This document shows positions 50,684 through 60,500 of a DNA stretch of 64,000 nucleotides, in pieces (positions within the stretch are counted from its first letter, which is position 1; each line of letters begins with the position of its first letter). The notes beneath the pieces were generated by a model that had not been told where the DNA came from, made no database searches, and worked only from the letters and a program-made list of their open reading frames with translations. The stretch spans positions 5,280,001 through 5,344,000 of the forward strand of contig OY843751.1 in the NCBI GenBank assembly GCA_963693055.1, in the 5' to 3' direction. The position numbers were made by a program, and so were the translations under genes. This DNA comes from a bacterium (GTDB lineage: Bacteria; Zhuqueibacterota; Zhuqueibacteria; Residuimicrobiales; Krinioviventaceae).

Positions 50684-51694
50684 TCATCCCTTTTCAGTAA
50701 AATATTTCCCCAGAATGTCTACCCATATTTTTTCAATCACATCCATTCTCCCGATTTTCTCCAGACTTGTCATGGAAGGGTTGGCATTCACCTCGATAAT
50801 CTTGTAATCATCAAGTAAATCTTTTACTCGATGGGATTGTGAGATCAGATCCACCGCAAACACCCGCAAGTCCATTTTCTTTGTTATTGTCTCGCAGAGC
50901 TGCCGAATAGATTCAGTCAACTCGATTGTAAAATCCAATACCTCCCCGCCTTCACTGATGGTCAGGGCAGAGGTATATTGAAGAGTCTTGCCCTCTATAA
51001 GCACGGAATTTTCAGTCAAGCCCTGAGTTGACAAATAATTTGCCAACTCGCCATGGTTTAGCGACAATGGATCGAGTCCACGGCTGTCACGCTCTTTGTT
51101 TTTCAAATCCAAAAGTTGCTTGATCGTACTTTTTCCATCCCCATACAATACGGGTTTACGTTTGCGGTAAGCAAATTGGGGAGCACCATCTATACTGAAA
51201 ATCCTGAATTCCTCTCCCCTCACAACTTCCTGCACAATCGCCATATAATGACTCTGGGACATGGATTTTAAAGATTGCACCAGTTCATCATCATTTTGAA
51301 CAATCCCGGCAAAAGCGCCCCGTGATCCGCTATTGGGTTTAACGAATAACGGATATCCCTGCTTGCCCGCATATTCTCTGGCAGCATCCAGAAACTTGCC
51401 TTCGCCCCGCAATCCAGAGAATCGTTCAGTTATAAAAAACGATTCTCCCACAGGTACTGGTAATTCTGCGTCCGACAAAATCCGGTAGGTAAACGTCTTG
51501 TCCGTTGCCAGTGTAAACGCGGTAGCGCTGTTCAGGGGATACGCGCAAATAGCGCCCGTGCCCAAATAAACAAACGGGTCTCCACGTTCTACCCGTGCAA
51601 GATAACCCGAATGCTCATCGCAGTTGATAAAGCGGTAACCCTCAGCCTTGCAGGCATGTTCTATATAGCGCATTTGGTCCGGTTGAAACGTCAT
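50684..51694 (-). CDS. stand-alone ATP-grasp ligase resembling the CphA/GshF ATP-grasp domain
   Basis: ATDK, FVKPNSGSRG, VQE, EFRI, GDGKSTIKQLL..KN, GG, AVDLI, IIEVNANP. Confidence 0.85.
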   Translation of the reverse strand: MTFQPDQMRYIEHACKAEGYRFINCDEHSGYLARVERGDPFVYLGTGAICAYPLNSATAFTLATDKTFTYRILSDAELPVPVGESFFITERFSGLRGEGKFLDAAREYAGKQGYPLFVKPNSGSRGAFAGIVQNDDELVQSLKSMSQSHYMAIVQEVVRGEEFRIFSIDGAPQFAYRKRKPVLYGDGKSTIKQLLDLKNKERDSRGLDPLSLNHGELANYLSTQGLTENSVLIEGKTLQYTSALTISEGGEVLDFTIELTESIRQLCETITKKMDLRVFAVDLISQSHRVKDLLDDYKIIEVNANPSMTSLEKIGRMDVIEKIWVDILGKYFTEKG

Positions 51695-51813
51695 AACATT
51701 CCTGTATCATATTTTTTTCAATATACTATATATAATCACCTGATTCAACGAATTACTGCTTGCACACTAGCAGAATTCTTTTTAAAATACTTGATACAGA
51801 GAAAAGGATTTTT

Positions 51814-53592
51814 ATGAAATTTTTCAAATGGTTTTTCAGAATTTTTGGTTCACTCTTACTCCTCTTACTCGTAATCGCATACTTTTATATTGTTCTGCCC
51901 TTTTGGGGAATGCCCTTTAACGCGCAGCGGCATGGCAATCCACCCTTGACACCCCCCTGGGCGCTGGAATGCTGGCTCTGGGAAGACGACGTCAACACTG
52001 CGGATTATGTGGATGAGCTGCTTGCCGGTTACCGCGAGCACGACATCCCGGTGCGGACCATCATCATCGACAGTCCCTGGAGCACCCGCCTTAACGATTT
52101 CAATATCGACACCACCCGTTATCCCGATCCTGTTAACTGGTTCAAAAAACTGGAAAACGAGGGTTATCGCACCGTACTGTGGATGACCACCATGGTGAAC
52201 AGCTATAGCAAAGATTCCGCAATCAAAGAGTCAACTCCCTGGTACCAACATGCCAAAGCAAACGGTTATCTCGTCGGGGACGGTTACCAAATGAAGTGGT
52301 GGAAAGGCAAAGGCGGATTCATCGACTATACAAATCCTGACGCCCTGAACTGGTGGCGAGGTATGCAGCAAAAAATTTTTGATTTGGGTATTGACGGCTG
52401 GAAACTGGACGGCACCGCACTCTTTTTCACCAGCAAATGGAAAGGGCTCTATTTCCCTTATCAGAAAACACATAAAGGCTGGATGACCACCCGCGGCTAT
52501 ATGGACCATTACTATCGTGACGAATACCACTGGGGACTTGAGCAGAATCCTGAATTTGTTACCTTGTCCCGCGCTATGGACCGTCCCTGGACGCACCCGG
52601 AAGGATTCGCGCCCATAGACGCCGCCCCTGTCACCTGGGTGGGCGATCAAACCCATACCTGGCGCACTACCAGCGAAGGCGAAGGACTGGACACCACCCA
52701 CAATGAGGAACTGGTGATTCAGGGTGCCGGTGGAATTGAAGAAGCCATGCGCGACATCCTCGGCAGCGCCAAACTGGGCTACTGCGTCATCGGATCAGAC
52801 ATTGCCGGGTTCAGCGGCAGGACCATTCCTCCGCGACTTTACATCCGCTGGACGCAGTTCTCTGTCTTTTGTGGACTGTTTATGAACGGGGGACATGGTG
52901 AGCGCCGCTTGTGGATGCGCACCCCGGAGGAATTAGAGATTATCCGCAAATATTCATGGCTGCATACCGAACTTATCCCCTATATGCACAGTCATGTGGT
53001 GGAATGTCACAACGGTGGGGCACCGCTTCAGCGTCCCGTCAAAGGCAAATACCATTACCTCTTTGGTGACGATCTCCTCATCGCACCCATCTATCAGGAC
53101 TCGTACAGTAACACAATCCAACTGCCCAAAGGCAAATGGCGCTACTGGTTTGATGATGACACAGTTATTACAGGACCCACAACCTTTAAACAGAAATTCA
53201 CACTCGATGAATACCCGGTATTCGTCCGGGAAGGTGCAATCCTTCCCATGCACATCAGCCGGGATTATACCGGATTCGGTGACGAACATTCCAATGGGTA
53301 CCTCACGCTGCTCATCTATCCCGACGGTAAAAACAGCTTTACCGTGCACCATCCCGACAAATCCGGCAGCACAACAATAACTGTCTCGCAAACAAAAGAC
53401 GCACTGCAAATCCAATTAGACGGTGCTCACAAACCGCATATATTACGCATCAAGTCAGAAACCGCACCCCAATCCATACAACTGGATGATAAAACTCTGG
53501 ATTCACAAAAATGGAGTTTTGATACTGATAAGCTCTTGTTAATTATCAAAACTGAAGAATATACGGGTGGGGAGTATAGAATAGCATATTAG
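51814..53592 (+). CDS. GH31 glycoside hydrolase, N-terminally membrane anchored
   Basis: IIIDSPW, IDYTNPDA..WW, GIDGWKLD (nucleophile), WVGD, GSDIAGF, YLFGDDLLIAP, PVFVREGAI. Confidence 0.92.
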   Translation: MKFFKWFFRIFGSLLLLLLVIAYFYIVLPFWGMPFNAQRHGNPPLTPPWALECWLWEDDVNTADYVDELLAGYREHDIPVRTIIIDSPWSTRLNDFNIDTTRYPDPVNWFKKLENEGYRTVLWMTTMVNSYSKDSAIKESTPWYQHAKANGYLVGDGYQMKWWKGKGGFIDYTNPDALNWWRGMQQKIFDLGIDGWKLDGTALFFTSKWKGLYFPYQKTHKGWMTTRGYMDHYYRDEYHWGLEQNPEFVTLSRAMDRPWTHPEGFAPIDAAPVTWVGDQTHTWRTTSEGEGLDTTHNEELVIQGAGGIEEAMRDILGSAKLGYCVIGSDIAGFSGRTIPPRLYIRWTQFSVFCGLFMNGGHGERRLWMRTPEELEIIRKYSWLHTELIPYMHSHVVECHNGGAPLQRPVKGKYHYLFGDDLLIAPIYQDSYSNTIQLPKGKWRYWFDDDTVITGPTTFKQKFTLDEYPVFVREGAILPMHISRDYTGFGDEHSNGYLTLLIYPDGKNSFTVHHPDKSGSTTITVSQTKDALQIQLDGAHKPHILRIKSETAPQSIQLDDKTLDSQKWSFDTDKLLLIIKTEEYTGGEYRIAY

Positions 53593-53607
53593 GGATTATC
53601 TGTTCCC

Positions 53608-53644
53608 CGTGACGGAGATCGCGTTGCTCATCTCCGTCACGATC
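53608..53644. repeat. GTGACGGAGA palindrome, copy 6
   Basis: CGTGACGGAGATCGCGTTGCTCATCTCCGTCACGATC, between convergent genes. Confidence 0.82.
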
Positions 53645-53667
53645 AAAACTCAATGAAATTTTACAAT

Positions 53668-56613
53668 TTATTTCACCAGGACTACTTTTTGTACTTTTCT
53701 ATACCCACCGGCCCGGATTTCAATCAGATAAATTCCACTGGATACCTGGGCGCCATATTGGTCAGTTGCGTCCCATACAAGACGGTGTTTGCCGGCATTT
53801 TTAAAACCGCTAAACAATTCATTAATTTTTTGGCCCCGTATATTAAAAATATCCAGGGTTACATCAACAGCGGTTGCAACATTAAATTCTATACTTGTCG
53901 ACATATTAAACGGATTCGGATAACAATTCAGCAATTCAAAAGAATCGATTTGCTGGTTTGGCTCGTCTACAACAGTAACGGGCTCTTTAAATTCATACAT
54001 TTTGGCAAATACATCGAACCCCTGTCCTCTAACAACATAATCTTCCCATGTTACAATAACCCTGTTATTTGTCAACACTACATCATAACCAGATCGAAAA
54101 TATTTTTGATTGTATGAGTGTATTTTAAAATTTTGACCAATTTTACCCATAGTATCAAATCTTTGCGCGTAAATTTCTTGGTTACCATTACGTGTATCTA
54201 ACCAGATGACAATAAAATTGCCGCTGCTGTCCATAGCCACTGATGGAAAATACTGGGAACGGTTATCTATAGCATCATTAACTAAAAAATTGCCTCCCCG
54301 GGGTTGACCGCTGCTGTTGTATATCTGCGCGTAAATATCGTATGCGTCATTATTACGTTTATCGCTCCAGGTGATGATAAAATTGCCGCTGCCGTCTACA
54401 GCCACTGATGGAGAACCTTGACTATTATCGCCTTCATCATCATTCACCAAAAAATTGCTTCCCCGGGGCTGGCCTCTGCTGTCATATAACTGTGCGTAAA
54501 TATCATCATTACCATTACGACTATCATACCAGGTGACGACAAAATCACCGCTGTCGCTTATTGCCGCGAACGGAGATCTTTGATCATTATCGCCCTCATC
54601 ATCATTGACTAAAAAATTACCTCCCAAGGCCTGGCCGCTACTGTTGTATAGCTGAGCGTAAATGTCTTTGTTATAGGTATATTCATAATAGTCTCCCCAG
54701 GTGACAACAAAATTGCCGCTGCTGTTCATAGCCACTGATGGATCACGCATTGTAGTAATGTGAACCTGATTAGTATTGACTAAAAAATTTTCTCCCTGGG
54801 CTTGACCACTACTGTTATACAACTGCGCGAAAATATCAAAGTTACCATTACGATTATCACTCCAGGCGATTACAAATTTACCGCTATCCCCCATGGCCAC
54901 GGAAGGATTGCTTTGTGTGTTTCTACCTTCTTCATCACTCACTAAAAGATTGGTTCCCAGGGCCTGGCCGCTGCTGTTATATATCTGTGCGTATATATCG
55001 TAATGGTAGGAACCATTACGTTCATCTTCCCAGGTGATGACAAAATTACCGCTACCGTCATTGGCAATGGAGGGATTGATCTGATCACCGCTGCCTTCAT
55101 CATGACTGACCAAAAAATTGCCTCCCCGGGGCTGGCCAGTGGGATCGTAACGCTGTGCATAGATATCATGGAAATCATTTCGATAATCCTCCCAGGTAAT
55201 AATCACATTACCGGCGCCACCTATGGCTACTGATGGATACAATAGCCAGGAATTACATTCATTATCATTGACTACAAAACGGGTACCAAGCTCCTCACCA
55301 CTGCTGTTATATAGCTGCGCGTAAATATCCCAGTTACCCTGTCGAAAATCCATCCAGGTGATGATAAAACTACTATTTTTGTCCATGACAACTGAGGGAT
55401 TAATTTGCAAAAAATCGCTTTCATCTGCATTGATTACAAAATTGTCTCCCCGGGGCTGGCCGGTGTTGTTGAATAGTTGCATATAAATATCTGTAGAGTC
55501 GTTACGTTCACCTTCCCAGGCGATTACAAAATCACCACTGTCATCCATAGCAACTGAAAGACTACCTTGCCAATCATAACCCTCTTCATCACTGACAAGA
55601 ATATTCCCTCCCCGGGGCTGGCCATTGCTGTCATACAGTTGTGCGTAAATATAGCTATTGCTGCCTCCATCACGTTTATCTAACCAGATGATAATGCAAT
55701 TACCACTATCGTTTATGGCCACTGATGGAGAATATTGCCCGGATATGCCCTCATCATCATTGACCAGAAAATTGTCTCCCAGAACCTGACCGCTGCTATT
55801 GTAGCGCTGCGCGAAAACATCACCGTTATCGTTACGTTTATCTAACCATGTGATGACAAAATTACCGCTGTCGTCCATGGCTACTGATGGAAAATATTGC
55901 CTATCATCGTCTTCATCATCATTGACTAAAAAATTACCTCCCAGGGGTAGGCCGCTGCTGTTATATAGCTGCGCATAGATATCATAGTTACCGTTACGTT
56001 CATCTATCCAGGTGATTACAAAATTACCACTGCCGTTCATGGCTACTGATGGGTAATTCTGCTCAGATATGCCTGTATCATCACTGACTAAAAAATCTCC
56101 CCCCTGGGACTGACCGTTGCTATTGTATCGCTGCGCATAGATATCATAGTCACCGTTACGTTCATCTATCCAGGTGATTACAAAATTACCACTGCCGTCA
56201 GCCGCAACATCAGGTTTTTCCTTATCACTTTTTCCTGCATTCTCATTGACCTGAAAATCATCAAGTATTATAGATATTGTGCTTTCTGTATACTGGTCCA
56301 ATGGAGACGAGTTCTGTTTAGACAAAAGCATTGGATTATCTTTGTTTATATTCTTTTCATTCAAGTACATTTCAAGATCATCATCAAAACCTCTGTTTCT
56401 CAAATCCCGTAAAATATCAGGCAGGTCAAGATCTTGACCATCAAGATCATATTTCCGCAGTAATCGCTCCAAATGATGCGGGTCAACCTGCCCCTGTTCC
56501 GCCATACGATGCAGCTTTGCAAGCATATCTCTTGATTCCTGACCTGCAAAGAGAAGAGTTGAGAATAGAATAATCATTAATAAAGACGTTACAATCGAAT
56601 TCATCATTTTCAT
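53668..56613 (-). CDS. secreted protein with 14 tandem repeats of about 54 aa (probable double beta-propeller) and FlgD-like C-terminal sorting domain
   Basis: Signal peptide; repeat consensus NFLVNDDEG..Q..PSVAMD.SGNFVITW.D.RNG..DIYAQLYNSSGQP.GG; CYPNPFN...SSGIYL...KVVLVK. Confidence 0.9.
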   Translation of the reverse strand: MKMMNSIVTSLLMIILFSTLLFAGQESRDMLAKLHRMAEQGQVDPHHLERLLRKYDLDGQDLDLPDILRDLRNRGFDDDLEMYLNEKNINKDNPMLLSKQNSSPLDQYTESTISIILDDFQVNENAGKSDKEKPDVAADGSGNFVITWIDERNGDYDIYAQRYNSNGQSQGGDFLVSDDTGISEQNYPSVAMNGSGNFVITWIDERNGNYDIYAQLYNSSGLPLGGNFLVNDDEDDDRQYFPSVAMDDSGNFVITWLDKRNDNGDVFAQRYNSSGQVLGDNFLVNDDEGISGQYSPSVAINDSGNCIIIWLDKRDGGSNSYIYAQLYDSNGQPRGGNILVSDEEGYDWQGSLSVAMDDSGDFVIAWEGERNDSTDIYMQLFNNTGQPRGDNFVINADESDFLQINPSVVMDKNSSFIITWMDFRQGNWDIYAQLYNSSGEELGTRFVVNDNECNSWLLYPSVAIGGAGNVIITWEDYRNDFHDIYAQRYDPTGQPRGGNFLVSHDEGSGDQINPSIANDGSGNFVITWEDERNGSYHYDIYAQIYNSSGQALGTNLLVSDEEGRNTQSNPSVAMGDSGKFVIAWSDNRNGNFDIFAQLYNSSGQAQGENFLVNTNQVHITTMRDPSVAMNSSGNFVVTWGDYYEYTYNKDIYAQLYNSSGQALGGNFLVNDDEGDNDQRSPFAAISDSGDFVVTWYDSRNGNDDIYAQLYDSRGQPRGSNFLVNDDEGDNSQGSPSVAVDGSGNFIITWSDKRNNDAYDIYAQIYNSSGQPRGGNFLVNDAIDNRSQYFPSVAMDSSGNFIVIWLDTRNGNQEIYAQRFDTMGKIGQNFKIHSYNQKYFRSGYDVVLTNNRVIVTWEDYVVRGQGFDVFAKMYEFKEPVTVVDEPNQQIDSFELLNCYPNPFNMSTSIEFNVATAVDVTLDIFNIRGQKINELFSGFKNAGKHRLVWDATDQYGAQVSSGIYLIEIRAGGYRKVQKVVLVK

Positions 56614-56875
56614 GGTTTTCCCCTATAGGTTAATACAATAGAAACTTTTGTTGTATCTGGCACATCAAATCAGAATTGTCAAGATATGCCAGGATAGACC
56701 CCTGGTTCTACAAAAATATTAAATAATAACACCGGATTTTATAACAGGAAAAAGGAACTGTATTGTTATCATCTACATCATCCAGACAATTCACATCTAA
56801 CACAAATTCACTTTTTATTTGGAAGGAGTACTTGGCAATATATTATAAATAATAATCGTGTATATATCAAGTAAA

Positions 56876-56920
56876 ATATAAAAGCCCCACTCAAAAGCCT
56901 TTTGCTTTTGAATGGGGCTT
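56876..56920 (-). terminator. intrinsic terminator for the barrel/lipoprotein pair
   Basis: Minus strand AAGCCCCATTCAAAAGC-AAAAG-GCTTTTGAGTGGGGCTT followed by a T-rich tract. Confidence 0.7.
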
Positions 56921-57010
56921 GCCCATCCGCACATCATCACATCAGTGTCGAGTTATTTTTGCCCTGGAGAGGCCATCCCGACCTCCCCAGGGCATCCCCA
57001 CTTCCCATCA

Positions 57011-58291
57011 TCACCACCCAACTCTTAGACTGCCGGCGAGGACCACACCTTTGGAAGCGTTCTGCGTTACACCACCTCTACTCGCTATTCCCACATCAAG
57101 CATAAACGCTTCTCCACCCAGTCCCAGTCCACCATGGTAATACGGATCACCGCAATACCGTATCCCGCCGAACAGGTGAAACATTGCCCATGAAACACCG
57201 CCACCCGCAGCGGCCAAAAACCGCTGGTACCGACTTCCCAATTCAAGGGCATACATGCCAAACCGTCCGCTTCGTCCCAATCCTAGCCTCACATCACGCG
57301 GACTGCTTGTAACATATTCTTTTAAACCGATTTCAGAATCGGTAAAAATCTCTTCTTCATCAAGATAAGTGATGCCGTCATCACCGAAAATAAACCTGGG
57401 GGCACCGGTATCCAACTCACCGGAATATGCCCGAGTATTCTCTCGCCAGGTCACCTGTTGGTATAAATTTCTCACAACAATCGAAAATGTATATTGTGCT
57501 GGCGTGGTAACGGACAATCCCACATCGAGTCCCAAACCCGATCCGGGAATGCTGCCATTTTCGCTGATACTTCCAACACCGTAATATGAACCTCTGGCAC
57601 TCACTCCCTGATCATCTATCAGGGTTTGCACAAATGCCTGCTCTGTGCGAAAGGATCCCAAACCAAACAAGTAGGACACGCGAGCACCAATGGCAATATC
57701 ATCAATGTCCAAAACAGGTCGATTAAAAACATACAACGTTTGGTAACGGATCAGGGATTTTCCAAACGCTACATGGACCTTACCCAACGCTTCTGCTGTT
57801 GCACCGGGTTGAAACAAATAGGTCTGCGGAGAAATACCCCGTAAAGGTATTTCTAAAACCTGTTTGGGTAAATACGATTGAGAATAACTGGATGTTGAAA
57901 ATCCAAATCCAAAATTACCAAAAGCAAATGAGAACAAAGAAATATCCGTTAACGTTTCCAGTTCCAGCCCTTTATCATCAGGAATACTTGCAAGCAATCG
58001 ATCCACATCCTCAGTTGAAAGAACCTTGTTCTCATTTGTAAAAAACTCGTTATACATGGCCTGGTTAATTGAATTGTTACCCAAGCCGGCACTCGCATTC
58101 AATAACATCATGGAGCCGCTGCGGCTGCCATCTTTTAAACCAAGATTGGCAGGATTCCAGTAAATAGCATCCACGCCACGTGCAAGTGCTGTATATGCTC
58201 CAGCCATTCCCAGGCTGGTTCCGGATTCTGCAAACGAACACAGACTTAAAACCAATAACATTAATATTGTTGCAGTAACCCGGAAGGTCAT
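57011..58291 (-). CDS. outer-membrane beta-barrel protein (DUF5723/FadL-like)
   Basis: SLGMAGAYTALARGVDAIYWNPANL, GLGLDVG, terminal aromatic residue (LRVGW); abuts the upstream gene. Confidence 0.75.
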   Translation of the reverse strand: MTFRVTATILMLLVLSLCSFAESGTSLGMAGAYTALARGVDAIYWNPANLGLKDGSRSGSMMLLNASAGLGNNSINQAMYNEFFTNENKVLSTEDVDRLLASIPDDKGLELETLTDISLFSFAFGNFGFGFSTSSYSQSYLPKQVLEIPLRGISPQTYLFQPGATAEALGKVHVAFGKSLIRYQTLYVFNRPVLDIDDIAIGARVSYLFGLGSFRTEQAFVQTLIDDQGVSARGSYYGVGSISENGSIPGSGLGLDVGLSVTTPAQYTFSIVVRNLYQQVTWRENTRAYSGELDTGAPRFIFGDDGITYLDEEEIFTDSEIGLKEYVTSSPRDVRLGLGRSGRFGMYALELGSRYQRFLAAAGGGVSWAMFHLFGGIRYCGDPYYHGGLGLGGEAFMLDVGIASRGGVTQNASKGVVLAGSLRVGW

Positions 58292-60313
58292 CTAGTTGTC
58301 CTCCGGTTTATTTACTGTCACATTGCCATTCAAAGAAATATTTTCCAGTATCACACAATCGGTGCTCTTTAATCGCGCCTTTTCCACCGGCTCAAGATCA
58401 ACTGTCCAGGTCAACAAATCAGATGCTGTCAGCAGATCAATCTGCGTGCTGTCTAATCCGGTCTCTAGCAATTGTTCACTCATACTCAAGAGATTTCCAT
58501 CCGCATCCAGTTCCGCGGCATCAAGATGCAATGTGGACAACAGCGGCCATTGGGAAATATCCAAATCCCGGGCAGTCTGTAAATCAACAACACGCACATG
58601 AAATTCACCACCAAGACATAATCCGTTTTTCACCTTGCACACCAGACTGATCTCATCAATATTATTAATCAATTCGCGATCATCATCATCAAAATCCAGT
58701 TCAGTGGTATCTCCGGTGAGTACGGTATTCTCGGGAACACTGAAAACAAAAGGGACATCCAACTGATAATCCATCATAATAGGATTACCCGTCAGGATTG
58801 CATACTCATCCCGAATACCAGCATTACCGGTAAACAAAAACGATTCCGGAAAAATATTTATTACATCCATTAATCCACCACCGCTGCCAATATTAGAACC
58901 ATCCAAAAACACACCCGTGTTTGAAATCTGTATTTTTCTATCACTCCCGCCCATGACAGAGAATGAATAATTGGCAGTTGCCGTTTCGTTCACATTATTT
59001 TGAGCATCAAGATTTAAATCAATATACATATTTGCCGGAACATTTTTAAAATCCAGTGTAAAGCGGGCATCATCAAATTCTATATCCGGTAATTCAACAT
59101 CCGTATCCATCACATCCTGTTCAATGCGGGGGAATTCCGTAGCAAGATTAACATTGGCGGTTACCTGAGAAAACCATAATTCACTAATACTGGCTGACGC
59201 ATTATATTTATCACCCGCGTGAATGTGTACATAGTCTTCTACATCGGGCAGCAAAGTGGTTTCAACCTGCAATTCCAGTAATCCGTTTTTCATATGGATT
59301 TCTGTATCAGCCAAATCAATGTTCACCTCTTCAGAAGAACGAGATAAAAGTATAAATTGCTTTTGCAAAGGATTAAAACTCTTGTCCAGAACACCCGGCA
59401 GGGTAAGGTCTAATTTTACTGGTAGATAAAACTCACTCTGAATATCAAACCGGATCATTCCACTTGATATTTGGGCAGAATTCACAACAAGAGAATCTGT
59501 ACTGAGTTCCAGTTCATGCGTGGTAAAAAAAGATTGTGAAGGAATTTTCGCCTCGGCTGCTATGGCAACAAGATTGCTCATAGAAACCTCAACATCAAAA
59601 CTCTGGTTATCGGTTATATTTACCAGTTCACCACTGGTGCCTTTAATCGATCCGTTTATAATAACATCCAGGGCATTGGTCAGAGTCTCTCCGCCAAGAT
59701 CAAGTGATGCCTGTTTCGAGCCGCCATTATTGGGGATATATTCTTCAAAAACCATCTCACTTATTGTCTCTTGGGTATTTCGGTCATATAGAGAAACCGT
59801 TATAGGTTTACCCAAAGGGAAAGCCAGGTTATTGGTGATCTCGAGCGTTATAACTCCGGACGCCAATGTAACAGAATAAAAATTTTCAAGGTCCAGAGAT
59901 TTTCTGACAGAAATGGTTTGTGATGGAACTGAACTGTTGGTGTTGTTGAATGTACGTAGCGCAGGAAAAGCTTCAAACAAAGGAACATGTATGGATTGAC
60001 CGGGATTCCCGTTCACGCTGACTGCATCTACCTGACCATTGATGGGATCAGGATTCAGAGCTTCCAGCCGTAACTGGTCTGCTATATCAATCTGCTCAGA
60101 ACCACTAAACCACAAATGATACAGATTGTCAGTATCTGTTACCAGGTTAGAGTCTGAAAATTCATTGCCTATTACAACAGTATCAGCAGCCATTAACGGA
60201 ATATTCTCCAGTCTGATCTGCCACTGCGGCAGCTTGGGTTCCTGCGGCAGTGTACAGGCCAGTATCAATAAAAAAGATACAAATATATTACTTTTTAAAT
60301 ACTTCATTTTCAA
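58292..60313 (-). CDS. large beta-rich lipoprotein
   Basis: Lipobox ILAC, PQW; repeated beta-sandwich-like segments (ITNNLAFPL / IQSEFYLPV / VKNGLCLGG); start may be ATG 60307. Confidence 0.78.
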   Translation of the reverse strand: MKMKYLKSNIFVSFLLILACTLPQEPKLPQWQIRLENIPLMAADTVVIGNEFSDSNLVTDTDNLYHLWFSGSEQIDIADQLRLEALNPDPINGQVDAVSVNGNPGQSIHVPLFEAFPALRTFNNTNSSVPSQTISVRKSLDLENFYSVTLASGVITLEITNNLAFPLGKPITVSLYDRNTQETISEMVFEEYIPNNGGSKQASLDLGGETLTNALDVIINGSIKGTSGELVNITDNQSFDVEVSMSNLVAIAAEAKIPSQSFFTTHELELSTDSLVVNSAQISSGMIRFDIQSEFYLPVKLDLTLPGVLDKSFNPLQKQFILLSRSSEEVNIDLADTEIHMKNGLLELQVETTLLPDVEDYVHIHAGDKYNASASISELWFSQVTANVNLATEFPRIEQDVMDTDVELPDIEFDDARFTLDFKNVPANMYIDLNLDAQNNVNETATANYSFSVMGGSDRKIQISNTGVFLDGSNIGSGGGLMDVINIFPESFLFTGNAGIRDEYAILTGNPIMMDYQLDVPFVFSVPENTVLTGDTTELDFDDDDRELINNIDEISLVCKVKNGLCLGGEFHVRVVDLQTARDLDISQWPLLSTLHLDAAELDADGNLLSMSEQLLETGLDSTQIDLLTASDLLTWTVDLEPVEKARLKSTDCVILENISLNGNVTVNKPEDN

Positions 60314-60345
60314 TAGTGTCGACCCGAACGGACAATCTTGAAATT

Positions 60346-60419
60346 AAAGGGGTGCAGAGTAAACAGTAAAATTAACCTCTTGCCACCACTTTCTTCCTCA
60401 CACCTCTCTGCAACCCTTT
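60346..60419 (-). promoter_or_regulatory. long leader hairpin upstream of the lipoprotein gene
   Basis: Minus strand AAAGGGTTGCAGAG pairs with CTCTGCACCCCTTT (one mismatch) around an interior of about 46 nt. Confidence 0.5.
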
Positions 60420-60500
60420 GTTTTTCAAAACTTTAAAAGAACGTTACGACAATCACTTTATATAATATTCAATAACCTTTCTCATATCACCTGCGTTAAT

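Noticed and set aside
14334-53644. 31-37 bp palindromic repeats as CRISPR repeats
   Set aside because: They are dispersed over about 40 kb, with no regular spacers and no cas genes
55968-56198. Near-identical 69-bp repeats as a DGR template/variable pair
   Set aside because: Both lie in frame in one tandem-repeat gene, differ at a single position, and no reverse transcriptase is in the window
56960-56995. GC-rich hairpin TGCCCTGGAGAGG...CCTCCCCAGGGCA as terminator or ncRNA
   Set aside because: No U-tract follows on the coding (minus) strand and it is single-copy; at most a 3' stabilising hairpin ahead of the real terminator
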